A stretch of 64,000 nucleotides of DNA from an uncultured bacterium. GTDB lineage: Bacteria > Oederibacteriota > PGYV01 > CAWJRG01. The translations under genes were made by a program, and so were the position numbers. The stretch is from assembly GCA_963845185.1 (NCBI GenBank), contig CAWJRG010000010.1:96001-160000 (forward strand), written 5' to 3'. The notes under the pieces were generated by a model that saw only the letters and a list, made by a program, of their open reading frames with translations, made no database searches and had not been told where the DNA came from. Positions 41,727-49,862 of the stretch are shown here, one piece after another. Each line of letters begins with the position of its first letter. Position 1 is the stretch's first letter.

Positions 41727-42995
41727 CTATTTTATATTCAATTTTACATTATTTTTCGAATATTTCCATACATTTATAACCTTATTTCTTACTTTTTTCC
41801 CTTCGAGGAATTCCGCTATGTTATCTCCTGTTCCCGCATAATTAAGCTGAAAAATTGTTTTCTGGCCGTAAAATTCCTTCTCTGCTAATTCATTTAATCC
41901 AGGTAAATTATTTATATAAGCCTTTATCAGTTCCGTCTCTTCCTTGCCGGTATCTGCCAATTCTACTATAACCGCCCTGCCGCTGCCCGTAATATTATCG
42001 CGGAAAAAACTTATGTTTTGTATTGAGCTTTCAGCCGCCTTCATCAAGACTGCCTGAATGCTTTTTATAAGGAATTTGTTTTCTACCGAATTTAAAATAT
42101 TTTCAGAAAAATCCATTACGCCGATATTTTTGCCCGACGCCGATTCAACCACCGTGCCGCTCAATTGTATTTTACCTTCCTTGTCCGGATTTGTTTCCTT
42201 TAAAATTTGTAAATCTGCGCTTACAATTACATCGTAATCACCCATGCTTGCCGCGTCTTTTGTGCTGAAAACGGCTTTGCCTACGGAATAATCCATGGAA
42301 TACATGTTTTTAAAAACGCTTTGCGCCAAATCCTTGTACTCGTCAGGGGTTTTCAAATCAATCAGCACATTTAATTTGTCGCTGTTTATATTCGAACTGT
42401 CCCATCCCGCCGGAGGTTGTTTTTGATTTATTTTTTGTTTTTTGCCCCCGCCAAACATATTGCCCTGAAAAATTTCAATTTTATTTCCGTCTTTAATTAC
42501 CTGCGCCATGCCCTTATAAGTTTCCAGTACAGTATCGTTGATGCTGAAAATGCCATTTTTAAAAACTATGTCTCCCTGCCTAGTTTTTACTTTGACATTT
42601 TCGTTTGCTTTCATGGATTTTCCAGTCTCAGCCCAGATCCTGCCTTTTACAAGATTTAAGGTTGTTTCGCTGCCTGTAATTTTTTCCATTTCAATCCTGC
42701 TTGCTTCACCAACCCTTATGTCAATGCCGTTATTAAAAAGTATTGAGCATCCGCTTTTTTTGCCGGTTCTTATATATGTCCCCTGGCAAACCTGAATTCT
42801 CCCGCTGTTGTTTGGCACGGCCTTTTCGCCCAGCGAATACACATTACCTTTTATATAATAAATCCTCGCGCAGTTTGTGTTGGCAACAGAATCATCCGCA
42901 ATAACAGCACTGCCCGATATAAATACGGCGAATAAAATTACCATAAAAATAAATATTGGTTTTCCCGATGGTATTCCCATACATTTACTGCACAT
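41727..42995 (-). CDS. Exported FecR-domain protein (start uncertain)
   Basis: Hydrophobic N-terminus; IRTGKKSGCSILF..IRVGEASRI..LNLVKGRIW FecR-like pattern. Confidence 0.6.
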   Translation of the reverse strand: MCSKCMGIPSGKPIFIFMVILFAVFISGSAVIADDSVANTNCARIYYIKGNVYSLGEKAVPNNSGRIQVCQGTYIRTGKKSGCSILFNNGIDIRVGEASRIEMEKITGSETTLNLVKGRIWAETGKSMKANENVKVKTRQGDIVFKNGIFSINDTVLETYKGMAQVIKDGNKIEIFQGNMFGGGKKQKINQKQPPAGWDSSNINSDKLNVLIDLKTPDEYKDLAQSVFKNMYSMDYSVGKAVFSTKDAASMGDYDVIVSADLQILKETNPDKEGKIQLSGTVVESASGKNIGVMDFSENILNSVENKFLIKSIQAVLMKAAESSIQNISFFRDNITGSGRAVIVELADTGKEETELIKAYINNLPGLNELAEKEFYGQKTIFQLNYAGTGDNIAEFLEGKKVRNKVINVWKYSKNNVKLNIK

Positions 42996-44841
42996 ATTCT
43001 GTCGCCTCGTATACTGTAATATTTTTTTCCTTGCCTTTTATTTTTATATCCTTATATTCCTTTGCCCTGACATTGTCCTTTACCACGTTGTATGTTTCCT
43101 CGCTCATAAGTATTTCGGTATTCAGCTCTTTATTCAGGCTCTCAAGCCTGGAAGCAAGGTTCACGGTATCGCCTATTACGGTATATTCCATCCTGCGGAT
43201 TGAGCCCATATTGCCTGCTATTGCCTCTCCTGTATTTATACCCATTCCTATGGCAAGAGTCGGCCTTCCCTGCTTTTTCCATTTCTCGTTCAGCTCGTTT
43301 AATTTGCCCTTCATCATAAAAGCAGTCCTTACGGCGCACAGGGCATGGTCTTTGTAAAAAACAGGCGCGCCGAACACGGCCATGACCGCGTCTCCCATGA
43401 ATTTATCCAGTGTGCCACGGTTTTTAAAAATTATGTCGGTCATGGCTGAAAGAAACTCATTTAAAATTTTTACCACTTCTTCCGGCGGCAATTTTTCGGA
43501 CATGGACGTGAATCCCCTTATGTCTGAAAAAAGCACGGTCAGCTCCTGTTTTTCCCCACCAAGCTTTATTTCGCTCCTCCTCAGCATTTCATTGACTATT
43601 GCCTCGGAAACATATTTGGAAAACATGCTTTTTATCTCGTGCTTTTCCCGTTCTTCTACTCCGACTTTATATGCGCTTATGCTGAGGTAACAGAATAATA
43701 TTGTGGCTATCGGATTCACAAAATTAATGATGTAACTATGGCTGGTAAATAAGTAAACTGCTGCGGACGCGTACATGGCTATTTCCGCGAAAGCCACAAT
43801 AAGCCCCTGCCACGACTTTATGCCGAATATAGCAAAGCTCGTCAGGACTCCTATAGCAAGCAACAGTATAAATCCGGTAAAATCGCCCATATCTTTCAGG
43901 TAAATGCCGTTATAAATCGTATTGATGGCGTTGGCGTGTACCTCTACGCCCGGCATCATAAAAGTCGTTTGTTCAATTACTTTTTTGGTATGGAAAGGCG
44001 TCAAAAACACGTCATGTAATTCCTCGGACGTGGCGCCCACAAGCACAATTTTATTTTTAAATACTTCCTTTTGCGTTTTATTGCCATAGTACACGTCGTA
44101 AAAGGAAACTGTTTTAAAAGTCCCCGGGAACCCCGCGTAATTAATTATCATCTGATCGCCCTGGGTTAAGGGTATTTTGAATTTTCCCCATGATAATTGG
44201 TTCCCCTTTATTTTTAATTTGTTTTTATCCAGGCCATAATATTTCCCCAGCAGGCTTAATCCGAACGAAACATACCTTTTATCATTGTAATCCAAAAAAA
44301 CATAACTGTTTCTTATAGAAGAGTCCTCGTCCTCCGCGTGGTGTATTATACCCATGCCGTAAGCGTTGTTTTTAAGCTCATCTATCGGGAACAAAGGCGT
44401 GGTTTTGGCGTACCTTTTCCCCACCTCATAGGAAAAACCCGCGTCCAGTATGACATTGCCTGCTTTCCTTATTGCAGTTGCGAATGCCTTGTCTTCTTTA
44501 GGATTTTTTTCCGTGACTTCGGAAAAAAATAAATCAAACCCTATTGCCTTTGCGCCCCACTTTTTAAGGTTGTCGATTACTTTCGCGTAATAGCTCCTTG
44601 GCCACGCCCACCTTTCGGGCATGTGCCTTAGCGAATCATCGTCTATAGCGACGATTACCAGCGGAGCCGTAGGCTCAATCTGCCCCCTGATATTGAACCT
44701 CCAGTCAATGCTGCTTTTTTCCAGCCCTTTAAGCAGCCCCGTGGACGATATTACGGCGCATAATAAAGTGGCCAAAGTTCCTATGATTAAAATTTTTTTT
44801 CTGTGAAAATTTTTTCCTGCTGTTTTGTTTTTTTTCGCCAC
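42985..44841 (-). CDS. CHASE2-domain class III adenylate cyclase
   Basis: IVAIDD..WAWPRS, VLVGAT, PGVEVHAN, three TMs; FSDIRGFT, DKFMGDA, YTVIGDTVNLASRLE. Confidence 0.93.
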   Translation of the reverse strand: MAKKNKTAGKNFHRKKILIIGTLATLLCAVISSTGLLKGLEKSSIDWRFNIRGQIEPTAPLVIVAIDDDSLRHMPERWAWPRSYYAKVIDNLKKWGAKAIGFDLFFSEVTEKNPKEDKAFATAIRKAGNVILDAGFSYEVGKRYAKTTPLFPIDELKNNAYGMGIIHHAEDEDSSIRNSYVFLDYNDKRYVSFGLSLLGKYYGLDKNKLKIKGNQLSWGKFKIPLTQGDQMIINYAGFPGTFKTVSFYDVYYGNKTQKEVFKNKIVLVGATSEELHDVFLTPFHTKKVIEQTTFMMPGVEVHANAINTIYNGIYLKDMGDFTGFILLLAIGVLTSFAIFGIKSWQGLIVAFAEIAMYASAAVYLFTSHSYIINFVNPIATILFCYLSISAYKVGVEEREKHEIKSMFSKYVSEAIVNEMLRRSEIKLGGEKQELTVLFSDIRGFTSMSEKLPPEEVVKILNEFLSAMTDIIFKNRGTLDKFMGDAVMAVFGAPVFYKDHALCAVRTAFMMKGKLNELNEKWKKQGRPTLAIGMGINTGEAIAGNMGSIRRMEYTVIGDTVNLASRLESLNKELNTEILMSEETYNVVKDNVRAKEYKDIKIKGKEKNITVYEATEYVQ

Positions 44842-44869
44842 GAAATCTCCTGAAAAATATCAAAAGGGA

Positions 44870-44945
44870 TGGTGGGTGATACAGGAGTCGAACCTGTGAC
44901 CAACTGATTAAGAGTCAGCTGCTCTGCCAACTGAGCTAATCACCC
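44870..44945 (-). tRNA. tRNA-Lys(CUU)
   Basis: Cloverleaf GGGTGAT..CT-CTT-AA..TTCGACT..ATCACCC-A-CCA. Confidence 0.95.
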
Positions 44946-45066
44946 TTTTTCCTGTTTTATCTTTAATTTGCGCATTCAGGCTCATTATTTATACAATAAT
45001 TTAAGGCTTTTATCAATAAAGATTTAACTGCGGATATTTGGATTTTACTGATATATAAAATATATA

Positions 45067-45086
45067 GGGCAGGTCTTTGCCTGCCC
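45067..45086 (-). terminator. Putative intrinsic terminator
   Basis: GGGCAGGC-AAAG-ACCTGCCC followed by an A/T tract, downstream of the 45147 gene. Confidence 0.5.
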
Positions 45087-45146
45087 CATATTTGCTTTCT
45101 ATAATTATCATGCTGTGGCTAACTTTAATGTGCTAAATAATCAAAA

Positions 45147-46094
45147 TTAAAACAATTTATCGTCTTTTTTATTGCCTTTGCCTTTTTTCTTCGCCGGCTT
45201 GGCTTTAAAACCCGGCATTACAGGTTTCTGTTTTTTGCTGTTTTTGCCGAACTTTCCATATGCTTTATTATTATATTGGTTTGCTGCCATTCCTGGCTGT
45301 TGCCCCTGAGCCATCCCGAGCTTTTGGCCCTGAACCATCCCGGGCTGCTGCCCTTGAACATTGCCGGACTGCTGGCTCTGAACCATGCCGGGATGCTGGG
45401 CTATGCCTTGTGCCTGTACAACTCCTGCACCCGGATTACCCTGGTGCATGCCATTTGCGTTAAAATTTGCCGGTTGAGCAGGCGGAGGTGCTCCAAAAGA
45501 CCTTGTATAATTAGTTGGAACAGCGTGTGCTCTATTAAAAGCCTGCGTAACAGCAGCGCTTGGAGCGTAAGTAGTTTCTTTTTGCATTGCCTGGAAACCA
45601 ACCCTTGCGTTCGAATTTTGCGGCTGCGGAAAGTTTGAAGGCATGGTTGTCTCATTGCCGTGAAACTGGTATGAGGCCGTCACCCCGCCATTGACATCAT
45701 ATGACGACCAGTTACCCGACAGGTATCCCGCCCTGTAATAACCCGAATACATTACTGCGCCGCTGGGATAATAATATCTGCAGCCGCCATCCCTTATGCC
45801 GTTTGAATAATATGTTTCTGCGAATAAAACGCCCGGCTGGGAATAAACCCTGACCGGGCCGTTAATTACCACGCCCTCTTTTATGCATACGCCGTCTGCC
45901 CCGAATGTCCAGATAGCGACAGGCTCAGCCGCACTGTAAAACACATATCTGTTGTCGTAAACCCTCATTGTATAATAGTCAGGTACTGCCGTAACAGGCG
46001 GCGTATATGCCTCTTGTGTTTCATAAAATGTACAGGAAGGTATTAACGCTAAACACATAGTAATTACAAGCAGTGCTAAAAAGATTTTTTTCAT
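45147..46094 (-). CDS. Putative lipoprotein with MORN-variant/YwqK-like repeats and a Gln/Gly-rich, Lys-ended tail
   Basis: Signal ending IPSC; GIRDG..RYYYPSG..YRAGYLSGNW; QGQQPGM repeats. Confidence 0.6.
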   Translation of the reverse strand: MKKIFLALLVITMCLALIPSCTFYETQEAYTPPVTAVPDYYTMRVYDNRYVFYSAAEPVAIWTFGADGVCIKEGVVINGPVRVYSQPGVLFAETYYSNGIRDGGCRYYYPSGAVMYSGYYRAGYLSGNWSSYDVNGGVTASYQFHGNETTMPSNFPQPQNSNARVGFQAMQKETTYAPSAAVTQAFNRAHAVPTNYTRSFGAPPPAQPANFNANGMHQGNPGAGVVQAQGIAQHPGMVQSQQSGNVQGQQPGMVQGQKLGMAQGQQPGMAANQYNNKAYGKFGKNSKKQKPVMPGFKAKPAKKKGKGNKKDDKLF

Positions 46095-46270
46095 TTCATT
46101 GCCTCCTTTTATAATTTTCTGTAATATACCATATTTTATTTTTTTTTACAATGTACTTCATAAAAGGGGCAGACCCTAAGGGGGGAAATTGGAGGGGAAT
46201 GGGATAAAGGCCTGCCCCGGTTTTTCATTATCTATAAACTTCTTTTGTCTCTTATTTTTCAATTATTAAA

Positions 46271-46300
46271 TTAGACGTTAATTAAATAAAAAAAGTTGCA
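46271..46300 (-). promoter_or_regulatory. ECF-sigma-type promoter
   Basis: TGCAAC-N17-CGTCTAA. Confidence 0.5.
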
Positions 46301-46313
46301 TTTTTTTTACAGT

Positions 46314-47051
46314 TTACACTTTTATTCTGTCTCTTACTTTCTGCCACGCCTTAAAAAAAAGAAAACTTCCCGGCGCGTCTTCTTCCATATCCATGAACAT
46401 CTTAATGGGCATTGAAAACGACAGCAGGTCTGGGTCTATCTCAGACCTGGCACTGACGTCAAGTACGCCTATTACTGCCTTTGGCTTTCCTTTTTTCGCT
46501 TGCATATACGGCAGCAGGCATACGCTGTGGCAGCCTGCACCAAAAGGCACTATTACATTATCATTTTTCGGGTGCCTGTAATTCGCCAGCACAGTCAGCG
46601 CAGAAAGCTGGTCGGGGTTTGCGTAAAAGACCACCAGCACTATGTTATCCTTTGAAAGGTCAGCTTCTTTTAATGGTTTAAACACCACGTACTCAAAAGG
46701 TATTTTTGTAACCGGTAAAGTTTTGAAAGCCTTCTTCGCTACTTCCGGGTTTTTCTTGTAATGCTCTCCCTGCCTGTAACCCTCTCCCCTTCCTGTGGAC
46801 AGGAAATATTCAATGCCTCCGGGAAAGCCCTCATAGCTTCCCAAGCCCAGGCCCGTGCCTCCGCCGGTACAGCCTTTTGTGGCGCTGCTGAAAACCGCTG
46901 TTTTTCCTTTTGCCGCCTGCGTAAGCATTGTTATCGCGCATCCCCACTTGCTTTCTTTATACTCAAGAGCATCTGCGGGCTTCTGGTTTGTAAATATTAT
47001 AGCTATCGGTTCATACCTGAGTTTTATTTCTTTTGCAATAATGCTGTCCAT
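46314..47051 (-). CDS. DUF169-family protein
   Basis: EPIAI, GC.GG..GLG, NPDQLSAL, PFGAGCHS, DVSAR. Start placed at MDSII (47051). Confidence 0.75.
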   Translation of the reverse strand: MDSIIAKEIKLRYEPIAIIFTNQKPADALEYKESKWGCAITMLTQAAKGKTAVFSSATKGCTGGGTGLGLGSYEGFPGGIEYFLSTGRGEGYRQGEHYKKNPEVAKKAFKTLPVTKIPFEYVVFKPLKEADLSKDNIVLVVFYANPDQLSALTVLANYRHPKNDNVIVPFGAGCHSVCLLPYMQAKKGKPKAVIGVLDVSARSEIDPDLLSFSMPIKMFMDMEEDAPGSFLFFKAWQKVRDRIKV

Positions 47052-47119
47052 GTTTTTCCCCTTTCTTATTGATGTTTTAGCAAATATTTCCCACCATAAA
47101 ACGGAGCCCCTGTCCATCA

Positions 47120-47245
47120 TGGCGCGCCCGGAGAGATTTGGTCACCTCGCGAAACGCTCCTGCGTTTCGCTCCTCGACCCCCTCACTTGCTGACGCTATC
47201 CCGCTTTTCACCCTTTCAGGGTGCGCTCGTTCGTTTCAAATCTCT
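47120..47245 (-). repeat. tRNA-Arg 3'-end duplicate with a structured insert
   Basis: CAAATCTCTCCGGGCGCG-CCA copy; AGAGATTTG/CAAATCTCT closing stem. Confidence 0.7.
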
Positions 47246-47299
47246 TTTGCTGATAATTAATTTATTTTGTTTCCAATTTGCAATTTCTTCTGTTTTATG

Positions 47300-47373
47300 C
47301 GCGCCCGGAGAGATTTGAACTCCCGACCCACGGATTAGAAATCCGTTGCTCTATCCAACTGAGCTACGGGCGC
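47300..47373 (-). tRNA. tRNA-Arg(UCU), CCA not encoded
   Basis: Cloverleaf GCGCCCG..TT-TCT-AA..TTCAAAT..CGGGCGC-G. Confidence 0.94.
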
Positions 47374-47466
47374 ATATGTGATTTTGAATATTGGAATTAA
47401 GGTTGCGAAACTAAAACCGGCAAGCTAAAGCAGTATTTAATAATCAACTTTATGTATTATTACTTT

Positions 47467-48453
47467 TTATTGGCCCCACCAGACATCATTTTTCCAGCTG
47501 TCCGACGAATCATAACCTGCTATAACCCACATTTTGCCGTTAAATAATAAACTTGCGTGCCCTTGTCTTGAACTGAAAGACGCGTTTGTTGTTGACCGTG
47601 TCCAGGTTGCGCCGTCTGAAGAATACCAGATATCGTTATAAAGGGACCCCCCAAGGTGTTCCCCTCCTATTATCCACATTTGACCATTATATACCAGGCT
47701 CGTATGGTACTCTCTCGGGCTAAAAGCCGCGTTTCCTGTGGCGCATGACCAGTTCATGCCGTTTGAAGAATACCAGACATCATTTGTGTCTCCATTACCA
47801 TCAACATTTATCCCGGCCATAACCCACATCATATTATTATAAAAAACACTTGTGTGCCCCATCCTTGCGCTGAATGCCGCGTTTGTTGTCGCGCATGTCC
47901 AGTCTGCTCCGTCTGTTGATTTCCAGACTTCATTTCCTCCGGAAGACCCTCCTATGACCCACATTGCATTGTTGCATGACAGACTTGTATGCCCTGTCCT
48001 CGGGCTAAAAGCCGCGGTTCCAGTAACATATGTCCAATTTGCTCCGTCTGTTGACTGCCACACGTCATTTAAATTATCCCATCCGCCGCCAGAAGGATAT
48101 GCTCCTGCTATGACCCACATTGCATTATTATACACAATGCCGGTATGGCCGCTTCTCTGGCTGAATGCCCCTGCAGTTATGGTGCATCCTGTCCAGTTTA
48201 TTCCGTCACTAGAAAACCATACATCATTGTCTGCCGCAGCCGGCAATGTATTGCCTTCATATCCGCCCATAACCCACATTTCATTATTGTATACCACGCT
48301 TGCGAATTCATTCCTTGGGCTGAATGCCGCCGCTGATGTTGCCTGTGTCCATTGAGAGCCCGCGGCAGGAGAAGGTGCCGACGGGCTGCTTTTTTTCTTG
48401 CATGAATAAAACAGTACCGTTGCTAAAAGAATTAAAATTATTATTTTTTTCAT
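47467..48453 (-). CDS. Lipoprotein with Kelch-like beta-propeller repeats
   Basis: Lipobox FYSC; six AFS.R..H.S.VYN..MWV.GG..ND.W.S.DG..W repeats. Confidence 0.8.
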   Translation of the reverse strand: MKKIIILILLATVLFYSCKKKSSPSAPSPAAGSQWTQATSAAAFSPRNEFASVVYNNEMWVMGGYEGNTLPAAADNDVWFSSDGINWTGCTITAGAFSQRSGHTGIVYNNAMWVIAGAYPSGGGWDNLNDVWQSTDGANWTYVTGTAAFSPRTGHTSLSCNNAMWVIGGSSGGNEVWKSTDGADWTCATTNAAFSARMGHTSVFYNNMMWVMAGINVDGNGDTNDVWYSSNGMNWSCATGNAAFSPREYHTSLVYNGQMWIIGGEHLGGSLYNDIWYSSDGATWTRSTTNASFSSRQGHASLLFNGKMWVIAGYDSSDSWKNDVWWGQ

Positions 48454-48466
48454 TTAAAAATCCTCC

Positions 48467-48566
48467 TATGTCGATGTTTTTAAGACAAACCCGCAGGGTG
48501 CAGTCGAAAATTACATCGACATATACCCGATCCAGTCCGAGGCATTAGCCGAAGACGAGCGGTATA
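48467..48566. repeat. Composite hairpin repeat, copy 3
   Basis: TATGTCGATGT..ACATCGACATA hairpin plus TATACC..GTCC-GA-GGC-ATTA-GCC-GA-AGAC..GGTATA. Confidence 0.7.
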
Positions 48567-48597
48567 ATTTTTCGAAATAAATTTTTTATTCCCACAA

Positions 48598-48625
48598 ATT
48601 ATACCCTATTGCGCTTTTTCGTCAA
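48598..48625 (-). promoter_or_regulatory. Putative sigma70 promoter
   Basis: TTGACG-N16-TATAAT. Confidence 0.55.
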
Positions 48626-48832
48626 GGTAAAATGTCATCTGGACCTTTCTGTCATCGTTGGTTTAAATTACTGCTGTTTCCGGAAAAATCGCAAAGGTGT
48701 ATCCTTCAGTCCCACAAACCTACTGTCTACAAAAGTCAATGAATTTGTTAAAATTTCTTATTCATTTCTGATTTATGCTTCATCTTTGCCATATTTTGAT
48801 TATAAAACTCTTAACCAAAATAGCCAATGTTT

Positions 48833-48898
48833 TGATTATCATTTAATCATTTATCCAAATAGTGATTAAATTTTAATCAATTGTTTAAAAAATAATCG
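48833..48898. promoter_or_regulatory. Putative enhancer dyads TGATTA-N5-TAATCA
   Basis: Perfect dyads at 48833-48849 and 48863-48879; degenerate copy at 48882-48898. Confidence 0.65.
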
Positions 48899-48920
48899 AT
48901 ATTTATAAGATTTTCAATTG

Positions 48921-48937
48921 TTGGCACGGGGTTTGCT
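48921..48937 (+). promoter_or_regulatory. Sigma54 -24/-12 promoter
   Basis: TTGGCACGGGGTTTGCT (GG-N10-GC). Confidence 0.85.
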
Positions 48938-49022
48938 AATATATCGTATGCAATAAAAAGTAATCGAAGATGACATGAGATATTACCTCTCCGGTTGCTA
49001 AAAAAATAAAAGGAGAAGAAAA

Positions 49023-49802
49023 ATGAAAACCCAGAGAAATGTAATGAGCAAGGTAACAAGAACGTGTTTTGTGCTTGTGTTTTCGTTGTTTGTTGTTATT
49101 TCATTATTTGCTACACCTACGACAGTGGACTGGACCCCGTGTACAACTTCCATTGAACCTTTTTTAAAGGGTCATATTGACAATGACATGTATACGCGAG
49201 ACACAAGCGCGCTTCCTGTGGACTATGGGTTCCTGGTCGGCATACTGCCGTTTAGCATGGTTCAGGCAGAGATAGGCTATGACACGCTTCTGCCTGTTTT
49301 TTCACCGCAGACATTCAAAGACTCCAATTATTTTAATGGTAAAATCGGAACTCCGGAAAACAGTTTATTGCCAGTAGGTATTTCAGTCGGAATATTCAAT
49401 GTAGGCATCGACACAAATGTAACAAATTATAATGTCGTACATGCTGAAATAGGAAAAACATTTGATTATGTCGGCAACATTTGCGTCGGCGGATATACAG
49501 GCAACGACAAGCTTCTTATAAATGACAACGGCAAGGTTGACAATTCAGGTTTTATGGCAAGCTGGACATCGCCCCAATTTTCAAAATTCAATATTATCGC
49601 GGATTACATGAGCGGCAATAATGCGCTTTCAGCAGGAGGTGTGGCAGTAACGGCATATTTAGCCGATAACGTAGGTATTATAATCGGGCCGGTATTCCCT
49701 CTTTCAAAACAGTTTGCAGGCAATTCAAAAGTTCTAATGACGTTTCAGCTTGACGCGGATTTTGACCTGGTTCCGCCAGCGCCTGCGCCGGCAACAAAGT
49801 AA
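49023..49802 (+). CDS. Exported hypothetical protein, possibly an outer-membrane beta-barrel
   Basis: Signal peptide, alternating beta-strand pattern, first gene of the sigma54 operon. Confidence 0.6.
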   Translation: MKTQRNVMSKVTRTCFVLVFSLFVVISLFATPTTVDWTPCTTSIEPFLKGHIDNDMYTRDTSALPVDYGFLVGILPFSMVQAEIGYDTLLPVFSPQTFKDSNYFNGKIGTPENSLLPVGISVGIFNVGIDTNVTNYNVVHAEIGKTFDYVGNICVGGYTGNDKLLINDNGKVDNSGFMASWTSPQFSKFNIIADYMSGNNALSAGGVAVTAYLADNVGIIIGPVFPLSKQFAGNSKVLMTFQLDADFDLVPPAPAPATK

Positions 49803-49862
49803 GTAGCATTATGATACCATTCCACAGTTTAGCCGGAACAAAAATTTTCAGGAGGTGCTCAA

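Noticed and set aside
44870..47373. Integrated island or prophage at the tRNA genes
   Set aside because: No integrase, phage or conjugation genes; the only tRNA-end duplication spans 180 bp.
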